In this document: piece after piece, positions 7,675-16,565 of the stretch | How the letters are laid out: the number at the start of each line of letters is the position of its first letter | How positions within the stretch are numbered: position 1 is the first letter of the stretch | NCBI GenBank assembly: GCA_029850565.1 | Contig: JARCRR010000039.1 | Location: 1 to 39,290, forward strand | From: Gallionella sp. | Lineage (GTDB): Bacteria > Pseudomonadota > Gammaproteobacteria > Burkholderiales > Gallionellaceae | Direction of reading: 5' to 3' | Length of the DNA stretch: 39,290 nucleotides | Notes under the pieces: generated by a model | Databases searched by the model: none | What the model saw: only the letters and a program-made list of their open reading frames with translations | What the model was told of the DNA's origin: nothing | Program-made: the position numbers and the translations under genes

Positions 7675-8631
7675 TTAAACAGGCTCTCGCTGGATATTCC
7701 AAATGGCCTCGCCAAATCCACGCAACCACCACTCAAGCTGGGCTGTTTCTACAACGGTAGCAGAGATGTCGAATCCTTTAGCTGTTGTCGTGACCTCTTG
7801 ATCCTCTGAAAGCCGGGACTCTAGGAGATGCTGTCCAGCCCTTTGGGTGATGCTGAATGAAAGGCGAACTCGCTTGCCATTGCCATAGCCGAATCGCCCA
7901 TCGTCGTCGTATTGCTCCAGATCAAAATCTTTAGGGCGCTCGAAAGTGAATTCCGAAGCCTTTGCCGACAGTATCCGATTCAAAACCAAGCTGCGTTCGT
8001 TGTCATAATCCTTAAATCGGCAAACAAGGTAAAGACGTGTCCCTTGTTGCGCCAAGCCCAGAGGCATGACTTCGGCTTGTGTTCGCTTGCCTGCGGCATT
8101 TTCGTAGTCCACGGCTAGCCATTGATTGGCAAAAAGCGCATTGCTGACTTGTTCAAACACGCCCGGTTTTATCTTCGGCGGCAACAGCGGTTGGGCGGTG
8201 CTAACTACTCGCACTTTGGAGAGCCATTCACGTTCGCGCTTGGCGTTGGAATAGGGGGCGAGATTAGTGCGTGCTTGTACGAAAAACCCTTCCATGGATT
8301 TTATGAGGCTGGGCGGCAACAGGCTTTTCAATTGTTGTTCGGCCAGGGTGAGCAGTAGTGATTCTTGCTCCGAGAGCGTTGGCAATGCCATGCCTCGCGC
8401 TTTCTCTTTCCAACGATAGCCATAAGGTTTGCTGCGGTCATCGCGCTCGATGTCGAAATGTTCGCTAAGCATTTCCAGTTGGCGTTGGATGGTGCGCAGG
8501 TCGCGCCCCACTTCAGTATCGACCAGTTGCTCGTGCAACTCCTTCGCGGAGACTTTACGACCACGCGGAATGCGCCGCATCAGTTCCAATGCGAGTAGGA
8601 CGGTTTCTTTGGTATCAGGACGTTTGGACAT
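7675..8631 (-). CDS. HTH-WYL-WCX transcriptional regulator
   Basis: N-terminal wHTH (SAKELHEQL...RDLRTIQRQLEML); WYL core PLGLAQQGTRLYLVC...RSLVLNRI; C-terminal LSEDQ...LEWWLRGFG. Confidence 0.92.
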   Translation of the reverse strand: MSKRPDTKETVLLALELMRRIPRGRKVSAKELHEQLVDTEVGRDLRTIQRQLEMLSEHFDIERDDRSKPYGYRWKEKARGMALPTLSEQESLLLTLAEQQLKSLLPPSLIKSMEGFFVQARTNLAPYSNAKREREWLSKVRVVSTAQPLLPPKIKPGVFEQVSNALFANQWLAVDYENAAGKRTQAEVMPLGLAQQGTRLYLVCRFKDYDNERSLVLNRILSAKASEFTFERPKDFDLEQYDDDGRFGYGNGKRVRLSFSITQRAGQHLLESRLSEDQEVTTTAKGFDISATVVETAQLEWWLRGFGEAIWNIQREPV

Positions 8632-8637
8632 ATAGCC

Positions 8638-10140
8638 TCAGAATTGAAAGTCGTTGCGACCAGCGAGAAATTGCCACAATCTCACCATCGCAAATGTATC
8701 CAGCCCGCAATAGGCTAGCAGTTGTTGTTCGATCTCGTCCTTACGCACCGCTGTTGTGTCGGGATGAATCGCTTCCAGATAGGCTTCCATCGCCATGCCA
8801 CCATTCTGCACACCTTCCAACGCTTCGTAGCTCAGGTCTGGAGCTATGGCAGGGAGCACTGCCTTGATGCTCCAACTGCCTTGCTGGCTTGGGTGGTAGT
8901 AATTGGCTTTGGTGATGGGATGCAGATCGACTAGGCGATCTTTGATTGCCAACAAATCAGGGGCGAGTTTGCGAAATCGTAATGCAAGTTCGTAGATGCG
9001 TGCCCCTTCGAAGCTTGCGTTATAAACATAGATAGGGCCTGTGCTTCCGCAGACCGCGATCAACCCTTCGGCAAAATATTTGGATGGATCGTTACCGGAA
9101 AGGTCAAGGAAGGCTTTGGCATCGAGTTTTCCTGTTCTGCCCAAACGATGAATGCTGAACTGGAATGGAATTTGTTGATAAGGGCTCGTGCCCTTCCAGA
9201 TTGGTACGGCGAATTGAATGGTCTCGAAGTCCAAGAAGTACGCAGGTAGCTTGTATGCCTTGAGTGCTTCCGCAGAACTTTCCGCATCAAAATAGATTTC
9301 GGCGGACAAGGTGTGCGATTTAACACGTTGTTGAAGCTCGTTCAGCAGTTCATCTGGCGTATCGCGCATATCCAGCGAGGGGTTGGCGGCGACAAGCGCT
9401 TTGAGTGCATTGGCGCGAATGCTTGGCAACCAGTGAACAGGGTATTCCGCTTGAGGCTCCTGAGATTGACAGTAGGCAAAAAAACCGCAGGCAAAAGGCG
9501 AGGAACACTGTTCACCCGTTCCAATTTTCGGTTCGGCTTTCTTTTCAACCGTTTTATGCGCTGTTTCAATCCACTCGCTCACCACATCTTCTCGCCCAAA
9601 AGCATCTTCCGTGAGGTCGCATTCCTTGAGCAGGCCGCTATAGTCGTCATTACCGGGATAAATCCAATCGCTATCTATATGAGCCAAAGCGATAGAGGCC
9701 AACGGCACACCTGCATTACGGGCGATGAAAGATTGGATGGCCGCATCGTCACGGTGATAGTCCTTAACACTGGTGGACGATTTAACTTCGACCATGCGCC
9801 ATACGCGCTTACCGCCACGCTTGATTGGCAACATCACATCCGCAAAAGCCAACGCACCTTCGATGGCAAACCCTGCTTCAAATATGGGTTGGGAGGCACT
9901 TAACAATTCCGCGCTGCGCTTGAACACTTCTCCAAAACCATCGCGCTGCGCATTGAGTAGTACGCCTTTCCCAGCAGGGTCATATATCTGATGAGCAACG
10001 TCGCCCACGGTATTGCCGACATTAAAACTGGCTTGTGTCGCCGCCGAGTCTTCCCGCAGCTCTGGGCGATGCACCTCCAGCCAAAGGCGCTTAGGGCACT
10101 GGCGGAAGGCGATTAGCTTGGATTTTGAAAGGTTGCGCAT
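8638..10140 (-). CDS. DUF2779-type protein: Cas4/RecB-like nuclease plus RNase H-like (DEDD) domain
   Basis: LSKS...QCPKRLWL, AD...VEVKSST and Cys cluster CSSPFACGFFAYC; C-terminal FLDFET, PYQQIPFQFS, YNASFE, GSWSIK and YCGLDT. Confidence 0.85.
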   Translation of the reverse strand: MRNLSKSKLIAFRQCPKRLWLEVHRPELREDSAATQASFNVGNTVGDVAHQIYDPAGKGVLLNAQRDGFGEVFKRSAELLSASQPIFEAGFAIEGALAFADVMLPIKRGGKRVWRMVEVKSSTSVKDYHRDDAAIQSFIARNAGVPLASIALAHIDSDWIYPGNDDYSGLLKECDLTEDAFGREDVVSEWIETAHKTVEKKAEPKIGTGEQCSSPFACGFFAYCQSQEPQAEYPVHWLPSIRANALKALVAANPSLDMRDTPDELLNELQQRVKSHTLSAEIYFDAESSAEALKAYKLPAYFLDFETIQFAVPIWKGTSPYQQIPFQFSIHRLGRTGKLDAKAFLDLSGNDPSKYFAEGLIAVCGSTGPIYVYNASFEGARIYELALRFRKLAPDLLAIKDRLVDLHPITKANYYHPSQQGSWSIKAVLPAIAPDLSYEALEGVQNGGMAMEAYLEAIHPDTTAVRKDEIEQQLLAYCGLDTFAMVRLWQFLAGRNDFQF

Positions 10141-10166
10141 GGAAGCTCCGATTTGTTCGATGGCGC

Positions 10167-10199
10167 ATTATCTCAACACTAGCGACAAATTGTGTCGCG
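10167..10199 (-). promoter_or_regulatory. Putative WYL-regulator palindrome plus extended -10 element for the DUF2779-WYL operon
   Basis: Inverted repeat GCGACA-AATTG-TGTCGC at 10182-10198 (CGAC-N7-GTCG); minus-strand TGA-GATAAT with the hexamer at 10172-10167. Confidence 0.65.
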
Positions 10200-10298
10200 T
10201 AAGGAATTATATGGGTACATAAATGATGCAAACGAGAAGCAACAAACACAGCAGGCTATCGGTGCCTGTACAACTCCCATAGTGGGGGGCACACAATA

Positions 10299-10341
10299 AA
10301 ACCGGGGATGCGCCAGTGGTAGTTCTTGGAGGTGGGCATGA
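10299..10341 (-). pseudogene. Direct repeat copy 2: orphan 5' remnant of the MFS gene
   Basis: Minus strand reads MPTSKNYHWRIPGF versus intact MSTSKNYHWRIAGF; weaker similarity continues (gtacaactcccatag versus gtacagactccaatag). Confidence 0.75.
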
Positions 10342-10382
10342 ACGACTTACGGACTGATCCTATTGCCTCATGTTGACGGCTC

Positions 10383-10416
10383 AAAAAATACAAAAGGGCG
10401 TGTCGCCACGCCCTTT
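10383..10416 (-). terminator. Rho-independent terminator of aqpZ
   Basis: Stem aaagggcgtg/cacgcccttt with a 4-nt loop, followed by a T-rich run on the minus strand. Confidence 0.85.
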
Positions 10417-10443
10417 ATGTGTAACCCAACAATGTGAGCGCGA

Positions 10444-11130
10444 TTATTCGCTCTTGCTAAGGAAGCGATAGATCACTGCCCCCAGTGCCGCGCCTACAAT
10501 CGGTGCAAACCAGAACAACCACAGTTGGCTCAATGCCCAATCACCCGCAAACAATGCTACTCCAGAGCTACGCGCAGGATTCACCGAAGTGTTGGTGACT
10601 GGAATGCTGATGAGGTGTATCAAAGTCAGGCCAAGGCCGATTGCCAACGGCGCAAAGCCTTTCGGTGCGCGCGCATCGGTAGCGCCCATGATGATGAACA
10701 GGAACATCATCGTCATCACCACTTCACACACCAGTGCAGCCAACATCGAGTATTGACCTGGCGAATGTTCGCCGTAACCATTAGACGCGAAGCCGCCCGC
10801 CAAATCAAAGCCTGCTTTACCACTGGCGATCAAATACAACACACCGCCAGCCACAATCGCACCCGCCACTTGCGCCACGATGTAGGGCAGCAAATCTTTC
10901 GCTTCAAAACGACCACCCACCCACAGTCCGATAGATACGGCAGGATTCAAATGACAGCCAGAGATGTGGCCAATCGCATACGCCATCGTCAACACCGTCA
11001 AGCCGAACGCCAAAGACACGCCAACAAAACCAATTCCTAGCTGAGGATAAGCTGCCGCCAAGACCGCACTACCGCACCCGCCCAACACAAGCCAAAAAGT
11101 CCCGATAAATTCCGCTACGCATTTCTGCAT
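10444..11130 (-). CDS. aqpZ: Aquaporin Z
   Basis: Two NPA motifs ([19 protein letters not shown]); [18 protein letters not shown]; GAGGAG RBS. Confidence 0.97.
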   Translation of the reverse strand: MQKCVAEFIGTFWLVLGGCGSAVLAAAYPQLGIGFVGVSLAFGLTVLTMAYAIGHISGCHLNPAVSIGLWVGGRFEAKDLLPYIVAQVAGAIVAGGVLYLIASGKAGFDLAGGFASNGYGEHSPGQYSMLAALVCEVVMTMMFLFIIMGATDARAPKGFAPLAIGLGLTLIHLISIPVTNTSVNPARSSGVALFAGDWALSQLWLFWFAPIVGAALGAVIYRFLSKSE

Positions 11131-11417
11131 CACACACTCCTCGATTAATTAAAGAGTCAAAGGGGGAAAGCTCGAATGAATTTTCATTGTCTCAAATCTC
11201 CCCTTAAAACCACTTGGAGTTGCGGACGCTATCCACATCCCATCAACGCGTCAATGAGCTAAAAGGCCTATTTGGCGGGGCCATCCTTGCTCTAAAGCTT
11301 GCTGCTATGAATACAAAACAAGGCGAAATTGATGAAGGTCGTTCTCTGTGGTGTAGTTGACAGACACGTTTGGAATTTGCTCGCAACATCCTATATGACA
11401 ATAAATTTTCACTTTGC

Positions 11418-11447
11418 CCCTTGAAATCCCCAAGCCCACCCCAATTT
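11418..11447 (+). promoter_or_regulatory. Sigma-32 (RpoH)-type heat-shock promoter of grpE
   Basis: CCCTTGAA, 13-nt spacer, then CCCCAATT, close to consensus CTTGAA-N13/14-CCCCATNT. Confidence 0.7.
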
Positions 11448-11474
11448 GGCACAAGTCGAAATCAGGAGAGCAGC

Positions 11475-11990
11475 ATGGAACAGAACGATACACCCCAAAC
11501 AGAACGAGACGTTGCACCCGTTGAAACCACGCCCAGCATGGAAGAGATGCTGAAAGCGGCCGAACTCAAGGCGCAGGAACACTATGACGCTTGGATGTAC
11601 GCCAAGGCCGAGGGCGAGAACATCCGCCGCCGTGCCGCCGAGGACGTGAGCAAGGCACAGAAGTTCGCCGTGGAGCGCTTCTCCAACGAGATGCTGGCCG
11701 TCAAAGACAGCCTCGAAGCTGGTATGGCCGTTCAAACGGACAACATCGAGAGCTTCAAGAGCGGCATGGAACTGACGCTGAAACAGCTCTCCAGCGTGTT
11801 CGACAAGTTCAATATCAAAGAGATCAACCCCGTCGGTGAGAAGCTCGATCCGCATAAACACCAAGCCATCGGCATGTTGGAAAGCGAGCAAGAGCCCAAT
11901 ACCGTGGTGAGCGTGATGCAAAAGGGCTATTCCCTCAATGACCGTGTGATGCGTCCAGCACTGGTGATGGTAGCCAAGGCAAAAGAATAA
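11475..11990 (+). CDS. grpE: Nucleotide exchange factor GrpE
   Basis: [17 protein letters not shown] and [20 protein letters not shown]; AGGAG RBS before ATG 11475. Confidence 0.97.
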   Translation: MEQNDTPQTERDVAPVETTPSMEEMLKAAELKAQEHYDAWMYAKAEGENIRRRAAEDVSKAQKFAVERFSNEMLAVKDSLEAGMAVQTDNIESFKSGMELTLKQLSSVFDKFNIKEINPVGEKLDPHKHQAIGMLESEQEPNTVVSVMQKGYSLNDRVMRPALVMVAKAKE

Positions 11991-11996
11991 GCAGCA

Positions 11997-12023
11997 CTTG
12001 AAATATCCAGCGCCGCCCTGATG
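11997..12023 (+). promoter_or_regulatory. Possible second sigma-32 promoter for dnaK
   Basis: CTTGAA-N13-CCCTGATG; overlaps a small GCCGCC/GGCGGC hairpin. Confidence 0.45.
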
Positions 12024-12084
12024 TTAGGCGGCAAGCAACAAAGCATTCAACCAATTTACGAATTCAACTGAAAGGAACGGCATC

Positions 12085-14010
12085 ATGGGAAAAATCATCG
12101 GTATCGACTTGGGCACGACGAACTCTTGCGTGGCCATCATGGAGAACGGCAAGACCAAGGTGATCGAAAACGCGGAAGGCGCTCGTACCACCCCATCCAT
12201 CATCGCCTACATGGAAGATGGTGAAGTGCTGGTGGGTGCGCCTGCCAAACGTCAAGCTGTGACCAACCCCAAGAACACCCTGTACGGCGTGAAGCGTCTG
12301 ATCGGCCGCCGTTTCGAAGAGCCGATGGTGCAGAAAGACATCGGCATGGTCCCCTACTCCATCGTCAAAGCCAAGAACGGCGACGCATGGGTGAAGGTGC
12401 GCGACAAGGACATCTCCGCTCCGGAAATTTCCGCTGAAGTATTGATGAAGATGAAGAAGACCGCTGAAGACTACTTGGGTGAGCCCGTCACCGAAGCCGT
12501 CATCACCGTGCCTGCTTACTTCAACGACAGCCAACGCCAAGCGACTAAGGACGCGGGCCGTATCGCGGGTCTGGACGTGAAGCGCATCATCAACGAACCG
12601 ACAGCGGCTGCGCTGGCATTCGGTATGGACAAACAAGAAGGCGACCGCAAGATCGCGGTGTACGACTTGGGTGGCGGTACATTCGACGTCTCCATCATCG
12701 AGATCGCCGAGATCGACGGCGAGCACCAGTTCGAAGTGTTGTCCACCAACGGTGACACATTCCTCGGCGGTGAAGACTTCGACATGCGCATCATCGACTT
12801 CCTGATCGACGAGTTCAAAAAGGAAAGCGGCGTCGACCTGAAGAAGGACATGCTGGCGCTGCAACGTCTGAAGGATGCTGCTGAAAAAGCGAAGATCGAA
12901 TTGTCATCCGCACAGCAGACCGAAGTGAACCTGCCTTACATCACGGCTGATGCGACAGGTCCTAAGCACTTGGCGGTGAAGATCACGCGTGCCAAGCTGG
13001 AGAGTCTGGTGGAAGAACTGATTGCACGCACCATCGAGCCATGCCGCATCGCCATGAAGGATGCAGGCGTAACGAACGCGGACATCGCAGACGTGATCTT
13101 GGTCGGTGGTCAGACACGTATGCCTAAAGTGCAAGACAAGGTGAAAGAGTTCTTCGGCAAAGAGCCGCGCAAGGACGTGAACCCAGACGAAGCCGTGGCC
13201 GTCGGCGCAGCCATCCAAGGCGGTGTGTTGCAAGGTGAGGTGAAAGACGTGCTGTTGCTGGACGTGACACCGTTGTCTCTGGGTATCGAGACCATGGGCG
13301 GCGTGATGACCAAGCTCATCAAGAAGAACACCACGATCCCAACTAAGGCATCGCAAGTGTTCTCCACCGCAGACGACAACCAATCGGCGGTGACCATCCA
13401 CGTGCTGCAAGGTGAGCGCGAGATGACTTCCGGCAACAAGAGCTTGGGCCAATTCAATCTGTCCGACATCCCGCCTGCACCACGTGGCATGCCGCAGATC
13501 GAAGTGACTTTCAACATCGATGCCAACGGCATCTTGCACGTCAGCGCTAAAGACAAGGCTACCAACAAGGAAGCCAACATCACCATCAAGGCAAGCTCCG
13601 GCTTGAGCGAAGAAGAGATCCAACGCATGGTGGCGGATGCTGAAGCCCATGCCGACGAAGACAAGAAGGCGATGGAACTGGTGACTGCACGCAACCAATT
13701 GGATGCACTGATCCACTCCACCAACAAGTCGATGAAGGAATACGGCGAGCAATTGTCTGCTGACGAAAAGGCCGCTATCGAAGCTGCCGTGAAGGATGCC
13801 GAAGAAGTGGTGAAGGGTGACGACAAAGCCGCCATCGAAGCCAAGTCCGAAGCATTGGCGACTGCTGCACAGAAGCTGGGCGAGAAGATGTACGCGGCTG
13901 AGCAAGCCAAGGCACAGGCTGCTCAAGGCGGCGCAGGTCAAGCTGAGCAGCCCAAGCAAGATGACAATGTGGTGGATGCGGAATTCACCGAAGTCAAAGA
14001 CAAGAAGTAA
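12085..14010 (+). CDS. dnaK: Chaperone DnaK (Hsp70)
   Basis: [17 protein letters not shown] and C-terminal VVDAEFTEV; 641 aa. Confidence 0.99.
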   Translation: MGKIIGIDLGTTNSCVAIMENGKTKVIENAEGARTTPSIIAYMEDGEVLVGAPAKRQAVTNPKNTLYGVKRLIGRRFEEPMVQKDIGMVPYSIVKAKNGDAWVKVRDKDISAPEISAEVLMKMKKTAEDYLGEPVTEAVITVPAYFNDSQRQATKDAGRIAGLDVKRIINEPTAAALAFGMDKQEGDRKIAVYDLGGGTFDVSIIEIAEIDGEHQFEVLSTNGDTFLGGEDFDMRIIDFLIDEFKKESGVDLKKDMLALQRLKDAAEKAKIELSSAQQTEVNLPYITADATGPKHLAVKITRAKLESLVEELIARTIEPCRIAMKDAGVTNADIADVILVGGQTRMPKVQDKVKEFFGKEPRKDVNPDEAVAVGAAIQGGVLQGEVKDVLLLDVTPLSLGIETMGGVMTKLIKKNTTIPTKASQVFSTADDNQSAVTIHVLQGEREMTSGNKSLGQFNLSDIPPAPRGMPQIEVTFNIDANGILHVSAKDKATNKEANITIKASSGLSEEEIQRMVADAEAHADEDKKAMELVTARNQLDALIHSTNKSMKEYGEQLSADEKAAIEAAVKDAEEVVKGDDKAAIEAKSEALATAAQKLGEKMYAAEQAKAQAAQGGAGQAEQPKQDDNVVDAEFTEVKDKK

Positions 14011-14033
14011 GCAACACCTTTTGTGATGTACCA

Positions 14034-14055
14034 AGTGGGGCGCATGCGCCCCACT
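14034..14055. repeat. Perfect 22-bp palindrome/hairpin between dnaK and dnaJ
   Basis: agtggggcgca-tgcgccccact; no U-tract. Confidence 0.7.
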
Positions 14056-14071
14056 GCCACATGGAAAAGAC

Positions 14072-15202
14072 ATGAGCAAGCGCGACTACTACGAAGTCCT
14101 CGGCGTCAACCGTGACGCGTCGGAGGAAGACATCAAAAAGGCTTATCGCAAACTGGCGATGAAGCACCATCCCGACCGCAACCCGGACAACCCGAAGGCA
14201 GAGGAACAGTTCAAGGAAGCGAAAGAAGCCTACGAGAATCTGTCCGACGGACAGAAGCGCGCAGCCTATGACCAGTACGGCCACGCTGCTTTTGAGGCGG
14301 GCGGCATGGGCGGCGGCAATCCCTTCGGTGCGGGTGGCGCGGGTGCGGGCAACTTCGATTTCGGCGATATCTTTGGCGACATCTTCGGCGGTGGACGCGG
14401 CGGACGCAGCCAAGCGCAACGGGGTTCCGACCTGCGCTACAACATGGAGATCACACTGGAAGAAGCCGCGCGCGGTGCCGAGAAACAGATCCGCATCCCC
14501 GTCATGGAAGAGTGCGAGACTTGTAGCGGTTCCGGTGCCAAACCCGGCACTTCGGCGACCACTTGCCAGACCTGCGCAGGTCACGGCCAAGTGCGTATGC
14601 AACAGGGATTTTTCTCCGTGCAGCAGACCTGCCCTCGCTGTCATGGCAGCGGCAAACACATCCCATCGCCGTGCAAGGATTGTCATGGCTCCGGTCGCAC
14701 CAAGAAACAAAAGACGCTGGAGATCAAGATACCAGCAGGTATCGACAGCGGCATGCGTCTGCGTCACAGTGGTCATGGCGAAGCAGGCAGCCACGGCGCT
14801 CCGCACGGCGACCTGTATGTCGAGATCCATATCAAGCAGCACAGCGTGTTCCAGCGCGACGGCGACGATCTGCATTGCGAGATGCCGATCAGCTTCAGCA
14901 CGGCAGCTTTGGGCGGCGAGATCGAGATACCGACACTGGACGGTAAAGCCAGCATCAAGATTCCCGCCGAGACGCAGAGCGGCAAGATCTTCCGTCTGCG
15001 CGGCAAAGGCATCAAGGGTATGCGCACTCACACGCATGGCGACCTGCATTGTCACGTAATTGTGGAGACACCTTCCAATCTGACCGATCGACAGAAGGAA
15101 CTGTTGCGCGAATTCGAAGAGATCAGCTCCAAAGACAGCGCACGCCACAACCCGCGAGCGAAATCGTGGATGGGTAAGGTCAAGGATTTCTTCGGGCAAT
15201 AA
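14072..15202 (+). CDS. dnaJ: Chaperone DnaJ
   Basis: J-domain HPD, G/F-rich region and four CxxCxGxG repeats. Confidence 0.99.
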   Translation: MSKRDYYEVLGVNRDASEEDIKKAYRKLAMKHHPDRNPDNPKAEEQFKEAKEAYENLSDGQKRAAYDQYGHAAFEAGGMGGGNPFGAGGAGAGNFDFGDIFGDIFGGGRGGRSQAQRGSDLRYNMEITLEEAARGAEKQIRIPVMEECETCSGSGAKPGTSATTCQTCAGHGQVRMQQGFFSVQQTCPRCHGSGKHIPSPCKDCHGSGRTKKQKTLEIKIPAGIDSGMRLRHSGHGEAGSHGAPHGDLYVEIHIKQHSVFQRDGDDLHCEMPISFSTAALGGEIEIPTLDGKASIKIPAETQSGKIFRLRGKGIKGMRTHTHGDLHCHVIVETPSNLTDRQKELLREFEEISSKDSARHNPRAKSWMGKVKDFFGQ

Positions 15203-15244
15203 TTGCAGTCGAATGTTGTTACGACACTGGACAAGGAGGACATC

Positions 15245-15685
15245 ATGCAGATCAAATCGCTCGGCCACGTCGTACTTAAAGTGCGCGACCTGGATGTATC
15301 CGCCAAGTTCTACCGCGACATCCTGGGTATGAAAGAGGTCGCGCGCTACAAAGGGGCGATGGCCTTCTTCTCGCTCGGCAACAATCACCACGACCTCGGC
15401 CTGATGCAACTCGGATCACATGCACTCGACATCGATCCCGGTGCCATCGGCTTGTATCACGTAGCTTTTAAAATCGGCGATACGCTAGACGAACTGCGTG
15501 CTTGCAAAGCCCATCTGGAAGCCAAAGGTATCGGCATATTCGGCATGAGCGACCACGGCGTGAGTCAATCGCTCTACATCCAGGATCCGGACGGCATCGA
15601 GATCGAGCTTTACGTGGACGCCAATCCCGCAATCTGGAAAGACGATCCGGGGGCTGTCCTCACCACCAAGCGTCTAAAACTCTGA
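15245..15685 (+). CDS. VOC family (glyoxalase/extradiol dioxygenase-like) protein
   Basis: LGHVVLKV, HHDLGL, LYHVAF and SLYIQDPDGIEIELY; AAGGAGG RBS before ATG 15245. Confidence 0.88.
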   Translation: MQIKSLGHVVLKVRDLDVSAKFYRDILGMKEVARYKGAMAFFSLGNNHHDLGLMQLGSHALDIDPGAIGLYHVAFKIGDTLDELRACKAHLEAKGIGIFGMSDHGVSQSLYIQDPDGIEIELYVDANPAIWKDDPGAVLTTKRLKL

Positions 15686-15731
15686 TTAGCCACCATCATC
15701 AGAATTGATTTATGATTCTGCGCGCCACATC

Positions 15732-15761
15732 CTCACCTTCGAATTTCAAGTCGAAGGTGAG
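15732..15761. other. Strong hairpin in the lemA leader region
   Basis: ctcaccttcga-atttcaag-tcgaaggtgag, an 11-bp perfect stem. Confidence 0.6.
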
Positions 15762-15785
15762 ACAAGGCGGCGATGAGCAAACGAC

Positions 15786-15818
15786 GAAGACAGTACAAGA
15801 AGACAGTACAAGAAGTAC
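15786..15818. repeat. 13-bp tandem repeat, 2 copies plus a partial
   Basis: gaagacagtacaa gaagacagtacaa gaagtac. Confidence 0.8.
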
Positions 15819-15890
15819 GGCCAGGAGTTTGCGGGGAAGCCAACGCAGTATCACCGATGAATTGGAATTCGAATCACAAGGAGTCATACC

Positions 15891-16460
15891 ATGGGTAGCG
15901 GTCTCATCCTTCTAGGCATCTGCGTCGTCGCACTGATCTACGGTATCAGCCTCTACAACAATCTGGTCAGCCTCAAACATGCGGTCAGCAAAGCTTGGGC
16001 GAACATCGACGTGTTGCTCAAACAGCGCCACGATGAGCTCCCAAAATTGGTCGAAGTGTGCAAACAATACAAACAGTTCGAACAGGATACTTTACAAAAA
16101 GTGATCGAAGCGCGTTCCATGGTGCAGACAGCACGCCAAGGACAAGACATCGAAGCGTTGGGCAAGGCCGAGGGAATGTTGCGCATGGGACTGGGAAACA
16201 TATTCGCCATCGCAGAAGCCTATCCCGAACTGAAGACAAATGAGAACTTCATGCAGTTGCAAGCACGCATCACCGGATTGGAGAACGGCATCGCCGACCG
16301 CCGCGAGTTGTACAACGAATCGGTGAACATCTACAACGTGGGCATCGAGCAATTCCCCGCCGTGCTGATCGCCAACATGTTCGCTTATCAACCCAAGCCC
16401 CTGCTAGAATTCGCTGCCGCAGAAAAAACCGACGTCGATATCAAGGCCTTGTTCAGCTAG
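15891..16460 (+). CDS. lemA: LemA family protein
   Basis: N-terminal TM segment; YNNLV, AWANIDVLLKQRHDELPKLV, EAYPELK and RRELYNESV. Confidence 0.93.
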   Translation: MGSGLILLGICVVALIYGISLYNNLVSLKHAVSKAWANIDVLLKQRHDELPKLVEVCKQYKQFEQDTLQKVIEARSMVQTARQGQDIEALGKAEGMLRMGLGNIFAIAEAYPELKTNENFMQLQARITGLENGIADRRELYNESVNIYNVGIEQFPAVLIANMFAYQPKPLLEFAAAEKTDVDIKALFS

Positions 16461-16565
16461 GAACTTTATCCAGCGAGCCGCACTCCTAGCCCCGCCTTTA
16501 ATGATTTCAATTTCGGGGCGATGTTCGTTGGACACTTTCGAAACTTTGTATAAAGGAAACACACC

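Larger units (their letters stand above)
2020..10298 (-). mobile_element. Putative inserted accessory/defence island; no integrase seen
   Basis: Bounded by the 43-bp direct repeat; all genes co-oriented; nuclease and WYL content; visibly AT-richer segments such as 6300-7100. Confidence 0.6.

Noticed and set aside
2020-10298. Prophage, ICE or IS identity for the island
   Set aside because: No integrase, transposase, structural or conjugation genes, and no tRNA target seen.
11370-11474. TTG-initiated N-terminal extension of GrpE
   Set aside because: It spans the sigma-32-like promoter; ATG 11475 has a clear AGGAG RBS.
12064-15409. Long antisense ORFs (266, 391, 266 and 471 aa) opposite dnaK and dnaJ
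   Set aside because: Shadow frames expected from codon bias in highly expressed genes; no independent motifs.
15786-15818. Tandem repeat as a mini CRISPR array
   Set aside because: 13-bp units with no spacers and no cas genes. The Cas4-like domain at 8638-10140 is not near any array.
15712-15915. 67-aa ORF upstream of lemA, and the 62-aa antisense ORF
   Set aside because: No clear RBS or recognisable motif; the region is better explained as structured non-coding sequence.
16488-16520. Fur-box-like sequence or hairpin upstream of the beta-barrel gene
   Set aside because: Weak match to GATAATGATAATCATTATC and only a short stem; not supportable.
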